Assembly: GCA_034399535.1 (NCBI GenBank)
Contig: DASCSS010000025.1
Location: forward strand, 1-55,849
DNA length: 55,849 nucleotides
Source of the DNA: Candidatus Thalassarchaeaceae archaeon
GTDB lineage: Archaea; Thermoplasmatota; Poseidoniia; Poseidoniales; Thalassarchaeaceae
Reading direction: 5' to 3'
A program made the translations under genes and the position numbers. A model generated the notes under the pieces. It saw nothing but the letters and a program-made list of their open reading frames with translations, did not search any database and had not been told where the DNA came from. The first letter of the stretch is position 1. Every line of letters begins with the position of its first letter. Below, piece by piece: positions 48,265 to 55,849 of this stretch.

Positions 48265-49200
48265 TCAGGAGCAGGAATGGGTACGTCGACGGGGGACCAA
48301 TGCAGCTAGCATGCACATGAGTGTGACCACCCCTGGAGCGGGGATGGTCCTGTTTGGGTCCGATGTAGAGACCTCCCAATCCAAAACTAGGACGGCTGAC
48401 ATGTCACTCCCATCCCATGTTTGCGGGATTGAGATTTCCATCGAGCCCTCTTGCCATTCTGGTAGCATCACTGCTTCGTGCAATACATGCCTATAGTATT
48501 CAACGCCGTTAGATCCCTCGGGGTAGTATGCAGCATCCTCGACGAATAGGATCCATGCTACTGAATTGGTAGTAGGGGATCCAGCAGCAGGGATTAGTCC
48601 GGTGTTTGACCATTGGAAGGTTAAGCCGTTGGTCGAAGGAACGACGTCGAGAGACAGATGAGCGTCTTCGGCCACTGCTTGGAAGGGGTGGTTTGAGCCG
48701 ACTGCCAGAGAGGTAGAGTAGTCAGTTTGCAGGCTCTCCGACTTTGGGTTCGTTCCCATGTACATTCTCTCCCCATCGAAAACAATAGCAGGAGCGAGCC
48801 TTGATTGGCCGGCTATTGTGGTTGAGGCATCGCCATAGCTAGAGACCCACCTATCTTCGGTCGAGTTGCTTCCAAACGGATCCATTGTCTCGAATAAGTG
48901 TCGGTGATAGTGAATTCGGGTTACCTTGCTGTTGGCGATTGCATCGTCTAGGGCTGTTTCGGATTCCACGCAGTTTTGGCACCATGTCGCCGTGTATACC
49001 TCGATCACGCTTTGTAGGTTGGTTATGGAAGCGGTCATCGAAGTCTCTGTCATATTCTCGAAAACCGGTATTGAAGGTCCTGAAATGGTTCCACCGTCGA
49101 CTCCTTCCCTGGCGTCATTCCACAGGGTTTCGCTAGTAGCATTGACTTGCATGGGAAGCAGTAGAATGAGGGTCAACAAGAATGGGGCAATGACTCTCAT
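48265..49200 (-). CDS. Secreted thioredoxin-fold (Omp28-like) protein with a C-terminal anchor/sorting signal
   Basis: Signal peptide; IEVYTATWCQNC; P.IVFDG; C-terminal IPAPG-hydrophobic-RRR. Confidence 0.78.
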   Translation of the reverse strand: MRVIAPFLLTLILLLPMQVNATSETLWNDAREGVDGGTISGPSIPVFENMTETSMTASITNLQSVIEVYTATWCQNCVESETALDDAIANSKVTRIHYHRHLFETMDPFGSNSTEDRWVSSYGDASTTIAGQSRLAPAIVFDGERMYMGTNPKSESLQTDYSTSLAVGSNHPFQAVAEDAHLSLDVVPSTNGLTFQWSNTGLIPAAGSPTTNSVAWILFVEDAAYYPEGSNGVEYYRHVLHEAVMLPEWQEGSMEISIPQTWDGSDMSAVLVLDWEVSTSDPNRTIPAPGVVTLMCMLAALVPRRRTHSCS

Positions 49201-49239
49201 GCTTCTTTCGACAAGGGGCTGTTATTGAACGCTTACGGG

Positions 49240-50286
49240 TCATTGGGAGGATTCGAATGCCACTATTGCTCTCTCTATGTCTTCGTCAGTTAGGTGAAGG
49301 TGGGTAACCGCCCTGATGGATGAATCGTCAATGGTGAGGGTGTCGACACCCAAATTAGAAAGTCGGGCAACGAGATCTTCTGCTCCTCCATCCGAGCATC
49401 CTATGTAGACCATGTTCGTTTGGACCTGAGCCAAATCCACGCTGAAAGAGGTCATCTTATCGATTGCTTCGGCCAGTCTCCTCGCTAGGCGATGATCCTC
49501 AATCATTCTCTCGATATGGTTATCCAAAGCGTAGAGTCCTGCTGCAGCAAGGATTCCGGCCTGACGCATCCCCCCTCCGAACATCTTTCTCCACCTGTGA
49601 GCCCTGTACATCATCTCAGAAGAGCCAACTAGTACGCTTCCCACTGGGGCCCCCAATCCCTTGCTTAGGCAAACGGAAATTGAGTCGTAATCCCTTGCCA
49701 TCCGGGACACCTCCACGCCAGTAGCTACAGACGCGTTGAATATCCGAGCACCGTCTATATGCGATGTGCATGCGTTTTCCTTTGCGACTTCGGCTATTTC
49801 GTCCATGGTTTTCAGGGGATAGCAGGTTCCGCCACCCCTGTTTGAAGTGTTCTCGACGCATACCATAGAGCCATTTGGGAAGTGCCCAAGGCTCCCATCT
49901 CCCTTCCGAATGGCCTTGGCGACGTCTGTTGGTTCCATAATTCCCATCTTCCCCGGAACCAATGCTACAGATACTCCAGAGAGTGCAGCAAATCCCCCTC
50001 CTTCGTATACGTAGATGTGGCTATGAGCCTCAGTTACAATCTCGTCGCCCGGTTCGGTTTGAGCTCTGATTGCCGTGGCATTACACATGGTTCCGGATGG
50101 AACGTAGAGTGCAGATTCCTTGTCAAACATCCTAGCCATGCGATTCTGAAGTTCGATGACTGTGGGGTCATCTCCGAGAACATCGTCTCCGACCATTGCT
50201 TGAGACATCGCTTGCCTCATCCCGGGTGTTGGCTGGGTAACCGTGTCACTGCGCATATCGACCCGGTCACCGGGGTAGTCGCGCAT
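49240..50286 (-). CDS. ltaE: Low-specificity L-threonine aldolase
   Basis: DMRSDTVTQPT, VGDDV, PSGTMCN, ENT.N..GG, HIDGARIFNA, CLSKGLGAPVGS, RKMFGGGMRQAG. Start set to MRDYPG. Confidence 0.95.
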   Translation of the reverse strand: MRDYPGDRVDMRSDTVTQPTPGMRQAMSQAMVGDDVLGDDPTVIELQNRMARMFDKESALYVPSGTMCNATAIRAQTEPGDEIVTEAHSHIYVYEGGGFAALSGVSVALVPGKMGIMEPTDVAKAIRKGDGSLGHFPNGSMVCVENTSNRGGGTCYPLKTMDEIAEVAKENACTSHIDGARIFNASVATGVEVSRMARDYDSISVCLSKGLGAPVGSVLVGSSEMMYRAHRWRKMFGGGMRQAGILAAAGLYALDNHIERMIEDHRLARRLAEAIDKMTSFSVDLAQVQTNMVYIGCSDGGAEDLVARLSNLGVDTLTIDDSSIRAVTHLHLTDEDIERAIVAFESSQ

Positions 50287-50329
50287 GGTCAGGCCAGTTG
50301 AGCACTTCACATAATTGGTACGCTCGGTG

Positions 50330-53300
50330 TCAAGACTTCCCTCTGACGTCCTCCGAGTACAAGTAAGACCGTTCCTTAGAGCCACCAGCTCCCTTTTTCT
50401 TGTTGGAGATGTATAGAACCGCCATGGTTCCCCCGACCACTGCTGGAATTGCATACATCAGAATTACCATCCAGAGAGGCCTCTCTATCTTCACGCATTC
50501 ACTCTGACCGGAGAGCTCTTGCTCCTCTCCTGAGGGGCATCTCGTCTGTTCGGTCGATCCGGCCTCCTGAACAAAGTGACCCGTGTCAGCGCTCTTGCAC
50601 CATGACTGTCCGGACTGGGACTGGAATGACCCAGGCTGGCACGGTGTCTGCGAGGGGGATCCTGTATTCCCGACAAAATTCCCCGGAGATGAATCAAGGC
50701 ATCCCGCGCTTCCCGAATCCGGTTGGTACGTCCCTACATTACAAGAAGTCTGTGAAATTGCTCCGGGCTCGGGGACGTGGTGCCCGGGCATTGCATCTGT
50801 ACAGCTGGTCTGTCCCTCTTCAGACTGGTAAGAACCCTGGGAGCAGGGTGTTTGGCTAGAAGCCCCTTCAGATGGGACGTTGCTACCCGGGCTAGCGGGC
50901 ACACAGTCGGTCTGACCCGATTCTGATTGGTAGGCCCCTAGTTGACATGGGGTCTGTTCGGAGGACCCTGACTCGCTGACGAAATGACCCGGTGAAGCGT
51001 CCATGCAAATTGTCTCTCCGCCGGGCTGGTACTTGCCTGGAGGGCAGGCGGTCGTCGAGGACCCATCAGGGCTCACGACTTGTCCAGCAGGGACCTCATC
51101 GCATCCCACCGAACCCTCGTTGGCCTGGAATTCTCCGGATGGGCATGGTTCCTGTCCTGTTGCTCCGTCTAAACTGGCGAAGCTCCCCGGTTCAGCAGGA
51201 GTGCATTCCGACTGGCCGGCCTCTGAAGAGAATGTCCCGGCTGTGCAGGATCCTTGGGTGGTAGCTCCGGGAATGGAAACGAAGCTCCCCGGTTCTGCTG
51301 GTATGCACGAGGTCTGCCCGGTCTCGGGCTGGAATGTCCCGGGCTCGCATGGGATCTGTTCGGCGGTGCCCTCTAAATCTGTGAAATGCCCGGCCTCTAC
51401 GGTAGAGCACGACGTCTGTCCCGAATCAGGCTGGTACTCGCCTGGCTGGCAGGGGGACTGTTGGGTCATCATCGTCCCATCCACATAGTGGCCAGGAGTC
51501 GCCTCGGTGCAGTTGGCTTGCCCGGATTCGGAGGAGAACGTCCCCTCCTCACATGGTTCCTGTCCTGTTGATCCTTCATTGGGAACCTGATACCCTGAAT
51601 TTGCATCGAAGCAGGATGTCATCCCGGATATTATCTGGTAGGTACCTGCTAAGCAGGGAGTCTGGTTGTGCGCACCCTGTGAAGAGACGAAGTGCCCTGG
51701 GTCGGCCGGCAAGCATCCTGTGGCACCGTGATCGGGTTGGAAAAATCCAGTATAGCATGGGGTCTGTTGTGTCGAGCCTTCCTCGGAACTGAAGTTTCCC
51801 GGAGAAGCCTGGATACATGAGGTCGTCCCGGTTCCGGGCTGGTAGGTGCCGTACTCACAAGGTATCTGGGTCACGGATGCGGTTTCGTTGACATAATAAC
51901 CCGGATAGGCGGCTATGCAGTCACTTTGGCCCCAACCAGGTTGGAATGTTCCGAGATTGCAGGGGAGCCTCTCCCATGGAGGGGTCCCATCGTGGTCCGC
52001 GTACCATCCAGGACCTGTCTCGAGGCAAGTGCCGTTTTCTGAGTACCACCCTATGGGGCACCCGTCTGGGAACGGGTCGAAGAGGTATGGAATCCCATCG
52101 CCGTCGTTGTCCCTCTCGGTCATGTGGGCGTGACTGCCATTGCCCAAGTCAACGTAGGCTGGGACGTTGCTGTCTACTCCCTCGCCTAGGCCTAGTGAGC
52201 CCTCTTCGTGGGCTCCCCAGCAGTATACTGACGCGTTGTTCGCAATCGCGCAGGAGTGGTAGCTGCCCGCCGAAATCTCACCCACGCCGAGTCCTGCTGG
52301 CATGGATACTACAACGGGGGTTGAACTGTTGTTGGTAGTACCATCGCCGAGTTGCCCGAAGTCATTCCTACCCCAGCAAAGCGCACTACTGTCATCGAGT
52401 ACGGCGCATGTGTGACCGATGCCCACGTCAATCGAAATCGCGGTCCTTCCTACAGGCAGAGATGTGGCCCTTGGGTAAGTTGAGGAGGTTTCGGAGCCAT
52501 CGCCGAATCGTCCATGGGTGTTGTCCCCCCAGCAGTAGACCAAGCCGTCGTCCAGGATTCCGCATGTGTGTCCGAAGCCAATATCCATTGCAACTAGCGA
52601 GCGGTTTTCTGGGAGCACCGAAATCAGTGTTGGAGAGTTCCTGTTGTTGTAGGCCCCGTCACCGAGGTGGCCGTGGATGTTCTGTCCCCAGCACATCCCG
52701 CTGCCGTTGTCCAGGATGACGCAGGTCGCATTCCCACCAGCGTTGACGGAAACCGGTGTTCGTCCGGAAGGGAGTAAGATTTGCGTCGGGGCGACTCTGC
52801 GAAGGTCATCCCCGGTTCCTAGCTGGCCGTATTCGTTGTCTCCCCAGCAGTAGAGAGTCGAGTCATCAGCGATGCCGCATGTGTGGTGAAAGCCGGTAAC
52901 AATGGTCACCATGGACGCACTCACTACCGCAGGGCCATGCGGCTGGTTGCAAGCTCCGCCGCAACTAATGTGGTTATGTCCTATCGGACCATTAGTGTCA
53001 ACCCCCCAGCATTTTACGGAGCCGTTTGTAAGGGCACAGGTGTGTTCTCCATCGGGGCTTATCTCCGTCGCTTCCGATAGGCAGCATTCGGTTGAGTCAC
53101 GCTGGTTCACGCCCACTGGGGTGTGTTCGGGCGCCCATGGGCCTGCCGAGTTCCCCAAGTATCCCGTTCCCCAGCACCGAACCTGATTATTGTCCGTCAC
53201 CACGCAAGTGTAGTTGTATGATGCTCCCAGTGCGGTGTGAGAGTATATTGACCCGACGGTTGAGCCTGGTAAGTTGAGTCCCGAATGGGTGTTCATAGGG

Positions 53301-53422
53301 CTGGCTACTTCTTCCAATTCCCCTCTCTCGGCAACCTGAAGTCCCGATGAAGCAGACATCAAGATGAAGAGTGCGGCTAGAGTGATTGACAGGGCTTTGC
53401 TGCGTGCAGCTGGTTCTCTCAT
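50330..53422 (-). CDS. Type I membrane surface protein: RCC1 beta-propeller plus Cys-rich ephrin-receptor-like (GCC2/GCC3-like) repeats
   Basis: Signal peptide; seven CWG blades with HTC and GQLG motifs; DNDGDG loop; about 15 34-aa two-Cys repeats; C-terminal TM and basic tail. Confidence 0.88.
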   Translation of the reverse strand: MREPAARSKALSITLAALFILMSASSGLQVAERGELEEVASPMNTHSGLNLPGSTVGSIYSHTALGASYNYTCVVTDNNQVRCWGTGYLGNSAGPWAPEHTPVGVNQRDSTECCLSEATEISPDGEHTCALTNGSVKCWGVDTNGPIGHNHISCGGACNQPHGPAVVSASMVTIVTGFHHTCGIADDSTLYCWGDNEYGQLGTGDDLRRVAPTQILLPSGRTPVSVNAGGNATCVILDNGSGMCWGQNIHGHLGDGAYNNRNSPTLISVLPENRSLVAMDIGFGHTCGILDDGLVYCWGDNTHGRFGDGSETSSTYPRATSLPVGRTAISIDVGIGHTCAVLDDSSALCWGRNDFGQLGDGTTNNSSTPVVVSMPAGLGVGEISAGSYHSCAIANNASVYCWGAHEEGSLGLGEGVDSNVPAYVDLGNGSHAHMTERDNDGDGIPYLFDPFPDGCPIGWYSENGTCLETGPGWYADHDGTPPWERLPCNLGTFQPGWGQSDCIAAYPGYYVNETASVTQIPCEYGTYQPGTGTTSCIQASPGNFSSEEGSTQQTPCYTGFFQPDHGATGCLPADPGHFVSSQGAHNQTPCLAGTYQIISGMTSCFDANSGYQVPNEGSTGQEPCEEGTFSSESGQANCTEATPGHYVDGTMMTQQSPCQPGEYQPDSGQTSCSTVEAGHFTDLEGTAEQIPCEPGTFQPETGQTSCIPAEPGSFVSIPGATTQGSCTAGTFSSEAGQSECTPAEPGSFASLDGATGQEPCPSGEFQANEGSVGCDEVPAGQVVSPDGSSTTACPPGKYQPGGETICMDASPGHFVSESGSSEQTPCQLGAYQSESGQTDCVPASPGSNVPSEGASSQTPCSQGSYQSEEGQTSCTDAMPGHHVPEPGAISQTSCNVGTYQPDSGSAGCLDSSPGNFVGNTGSPSQTPCQPGSFQSQSGQSWCKSADTGHFVQEAGSTEQTRCPSGEEQELSGQSECVKIERPLWMVILMYAIPAVVGGTMAVLYISNKKKGAGGSKERSYLYSEDVRGKS
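50490..51961 (-). repeat. Coding tandem array of about 102-nt (34-aa) Cys-rich units
   Basis: 14 full units plus 1 half unit of consensus CxxGxYQxxxGQxxCxxAxPGxFVxxxGxxxQxP; diverged at the DNA level. Confidence 0.88.
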
Positions 53423-53523
53423 GATGCTCGAGTGAGGCTGGAAGTATTAACGGTTATTTCGGATGCGAAATTTCCTAGGGCTTGCATGGTCAAACTCATT
53501 TGTGTGCTACCCCACCGGCAAGC

Positions 53524-54801
53524 ATGGCAGGTCTAAAAGGGGGACAATTTGAGTCCTTCCTCTCTGATAACTGCCCACCAATGGGGATCTACGAAACCCT
53601 GTATGCTTTCAGGGACTCGTTTGGAAGTTTCATGGGCACTGAGGGCACGCACCCGTGGTCTCAGGGATTCCCACTTACTACTCCGCTGGAGAAGTTTGGG
53701 GGTCCCTGCCTTCCGGAAAGCGTCGAAGTGACCTGGGAGGACCGATTCTACCCGAAGGCATGGGGGCATCCAAAGTTGCGCGATGCCATTGCAGATTACT
53801 ACAACTCACAATATGGTTCCAGCATTTCACCCGAGAACGTAATGGTCTTCGCAGGAGGAAGGCCGGGTATCTACACCGTCATGGCCTTCCTCAAGAAGCA
53901 CGTCAAAGTGAAGATTGGCAACATAGAATGGCCCGCATATCTCGACATAATGGAGCAGACAAACACCAACTACCAGATTGTCCCATTCACCAAGGAGAAC
54001 AACTTCCACCCTAGCAATGCATCTTACTTCGACCGTTCCAATATAGACGCCAAGACACGTCTGATGCCAGTCATCTCCAACCCCCAGAATCCATCGGGCC
54101 AGACACGCTCAGGAGACGAGCTGAAAGAGCTGATACGGATGGCTGAGCAGCCGGGGAATGGGATACTGCTGGATGAAGCATACGAGATGTTCCACTCTCC
54201 CTCAATAAGTGGGATCGAGTATGTAGATGACTTGGACAGCAGCAACGTGTTCATCGCAGGAGCCTGCACAAAGGGCCTGCAGTCCCCGGGGATACGGGTC
54301 GGATGGATCATCGCTGGCAAGAAGAACATAGTGACACTGTCAAACTACTCCAGCTTCGGCATGGGTGGAGTGAGTCACCCGTCGCAGCAATACGCCGTCA
54401 AGCTTCTAGAGCCTGGTCGCGTCAAGCAAGCCCGCAAGGCGGTAGAGAAGCACTACAGCTGGCAGCGGGAACGATACGGGAAGGCTTTCGAGGACATGGG
54501 CCTCGGAGTTTACACGGGGAATGGTGGATTCTACCACTGGCTCGAGCTTCCCGAGGGGATGGAGAGTGCAGAACTCAATAGGAGGTTATTCAAGCGTGGT
54601 GCAGCGATACTGTGCGCCTCCGATTGCGATATGGCACGTCCACATTCAAAGGACCCGGGCTATGTAACGCCATATACGCGGTTCTTCCGCTTTTCTTTCG
54701 GGCCATTGTTGCCAGAGACGTTTGAATCAGATATTCAGATTATTAGTGAAGTCCTTGAAGAATACAAGCTCGATGTTATGTCCGAATTGTCAAAAACTTA
54801 A
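53524..54801 (+). CDS. PLP-dependent aminotransferase class I/II
   Basis: GHPKLRDAIA.YY, SNPQNPSG, LDEAYE, CTKGLQSPGIRVGW, RFSFG. Start set to MAGLKG. Confidence 0.92.
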   Translation: MAGLKGGQFESFLSDNCPPMGIYETLYAFRDSFGSFMGTEGTHPWSQGFPLTTPLEKFGGPCLPESVEVTWEDRFYPKAWGHPKLRDAIADYYNSQYGSSISPENVMVFAGGRPGIYTVMAFLKKHVKVKIGNIEWPAYLDIMEQTNTNYQIVPFTKENNFHPSNASYFDRSNIDAKTRLMPVISNPQNPSGQTRSGDELKELIRMAEQPGNGILLDEAYEMFHSPSISGIEYVDDLDSSNVFIAGACTKGLQSPGIRVGWIIAGKKNIVTLSNYSSFGMGGVSHPSQQYAVKLLEPGRVKQARKAVEKHYSWQRERYGKAFEDMGLGVYTGNGGFYHWLELPEGMESAELNRRLFKRGAAILCASDCDMARPHSKDPGYVTPYTRFFRFSFGPLLPETFESDIQIISEVLEEYKLDVMSELSKT

Positions 54802-55849
54802 GTGGTTGATTTACCCCAGAAGGTCGTGGCGGGACCAACTGCTGAACAGGCTGCAAAGATAGCCAAGGCAACCTACATGGAATTCTTGGAGGAACCCGAG
54901 CGGTCAAAACAGATTGAGAACATACCCAAGCTAATCAAGAAGTTCGATGGTGACTATGGAACCATGTTGAAGGGGCTGCAGAAGAAGTACGGGAAAGCTA
55001 GCCCCAAAAAGGAGACCTCGCCGGAGCCAGAGCCAGAAGCCGAAGCGGCCCCGAAGAAGAAGAAGAAATCGGTCCCCGAGAAATCTGAGGATCCCAATGA
55101 GGCGAAGGCGAAGGAGGCGTCTGCCAAGGCAGATGCCGCGGCGGCGCAAGCAGAGCTGAAGGCTGCCAAGAAGGCTCAGGTAGGCGATGCGAAGGCCGCG
55201 GCCAAAGAAGCGAAGGCGGTGGCCAAGGCGGAGATTGAGGCGAAGAAGGCCGAGGCTGGACGCAAGGCGGCAGAGAAGCAGGCCAAGTCTGCAAAGAAGG
55301 CGCTGGAGGAAATGAAGAGCTCTTCCAGCATGTCTCCAGAGGAGCTGAGGATCAGGGAGGCCGAATTGAAGACCAAGGCGAAGGAGGAGGGAGATGCGGC
55401 CAAGGTCGCTTCCGGCGAGGCCAAGGTCGCTGCTAGTGAGGCCAAAGAGCTGTCCAAGACCGTTGCTAAGGAAGGAAAAGCAGCGGCCAAGGCCGAAGCC
55501 GAGCTCAAGAAGGCCGAGATGGAGAGGAAGTTGGCCGAGAAGCAAATCAAGGCGACTGGAAAGATGAAGGGGAAGGCGGCAGATCAGCTAGAGGAGTTCC
55601 AAAAGAAGCGCGCTCGGGCTGAAGAAAAGCTCGAGACAGAGATGGAGAAGAAGTTGGAGGCCATGGAGGCAGCCAAGGAAGGGGCCTCCGAATCCAAGGC
55701 GGCATTGCAGGAAGTCAAGGAGCAGATGAAGGACGAGATGAAGGCCGCCAAATCTCTACAGAAAGACGTCGTGGCAAAACAGAAAGAGATTGCCAAGGTC
55801 GAGGTCGAAGCACAGAAGGCCGAAGCACAGAAGGCCAAGGTCGAGAAGG
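54802..55849 (+). CDS. Partial Ala/Lys/Glu-rich coiled-coil protein running off the right edge
   Basis: Not in the ORF track because there is no stop within the window. GTG immediately after the aminotransferase TAA opens 349 codons: MVDLPQKVVAGP...LQKKYGKASPKKETSPEPEPEAEAAPKKKKK...AKAEAELKKAE. The antisense ORFs in the track are its shadow. Confidence 0.85.
   Translation, partial: MVDLPQKVVAGPTAEQAAKIAKATYMEFLEEPERSKQIENIPKLIKKFDGDYGTMLKGLQKKYGKASPKKETSPEPEPEAEAAPKKKKKSVPEKSEDPNEAKAKEASAKADAAAAQAELKAAKKAQVGDAKAAAKEAKAVAKAEIEAKKAEAGRKAAEKQAKSAKKALEEMKSSSSMSPEELRIREAELKTKAKEEGDAAKVASGEAKVAASEAKELSKTVAKEGKAAAKAEAELKKAEMERKLAEKQIKATGKMKGKAADQLEEFQKKRARAEEKLETEMEKKLEAMEAAKEGASESKAALQEVKEQMKDEMKAAKSLQKDVVAKQKEIAKVEVEAQKAEAQKAKVEK
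55807..55836 (+). repeat. Exact 15-nt tandem duplication (GAAGCACAGAAGGCC x2; EAQKA)
   Basis: Directly visible in the sequence; GCCAAGGTCGAG also occurs on both sides. Confidence 0.8.

Noticed and set aside
50287-50454. N-terminal extension of threonine aldolase in the track
   Set aside because: It overlaps the adhesin's 3' end; family similarity begins at MRDYPGDRVDMRSDT.
50490-51961. Regular ~102-nt periodicity as a CRISPR-like or non-coding array
   Set aside because: The units are in-frame protein repeats, degenerate at the DNA level, with no identical repeat/unique spacer structure and no cas operon.
54931-55838. Minus-strand Leu/Ala/Ser/Phe-rich ORFs in the track
   Set aside because: Antisense shadows of the plus-strand A/K/E-rich ORF at 54802-55849.

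Overview
A gene-dense archaeal chromosome segment made up mostly of housekeeping genes. Archaeal markers include rpl21e, rpo4/rpoF, Pus10, RaSEA, P0/P1-type stalk proteins and GGAGGTGA-type Shine-Dalgarno (SD) sites. Gene content and style point to a Thermoplasmatota, most plausibly Marine Group II / Poseidoniales; this is inference, as no search was run. Two conserved archaeal blocks are present: pus10-rpl21e-rpoF-DUF655-rsmA, and AK6-CDP-alcohol phosphatidyltransferase-ftsZ-secE-spt5-rpl11-rpl1-rpl10-rpl12. The window also holds tRNA-Thr(CGT), metabolic genes, transporters and an AddAB/AdnAB-like helicase-nuclease pair. I saw no CRISPR array, IS element, integrase or prophage. Most notable oddities: (i) Spt5 fused to an N-terminal degenerate Nudix domain, probably with a CTG start; (ii) a uL11 reduced to its C-terminal rRNA-binding domain; (iii) an L1-binding-site-like hairpin directly upstream of rpl1; (iv) a cbb3/heme-copper-oxidase-fold membrane protein that has lost nearly all His ligands, paired with a small membrane protein; (v) AddA- and AddB-like subunits that both keep a nuclease motif and a 4-Cys Fe-S staple; (vi) a receptor-like surface protein with an RCC1 propeller and Cys-rich repeats; (vii) three ORFs missing from the supplied track: a kinase-like partial at the left edge, a 55-aa membrane protein, and an Ala/Lys/Glu coiled-coil partial at the right edge.
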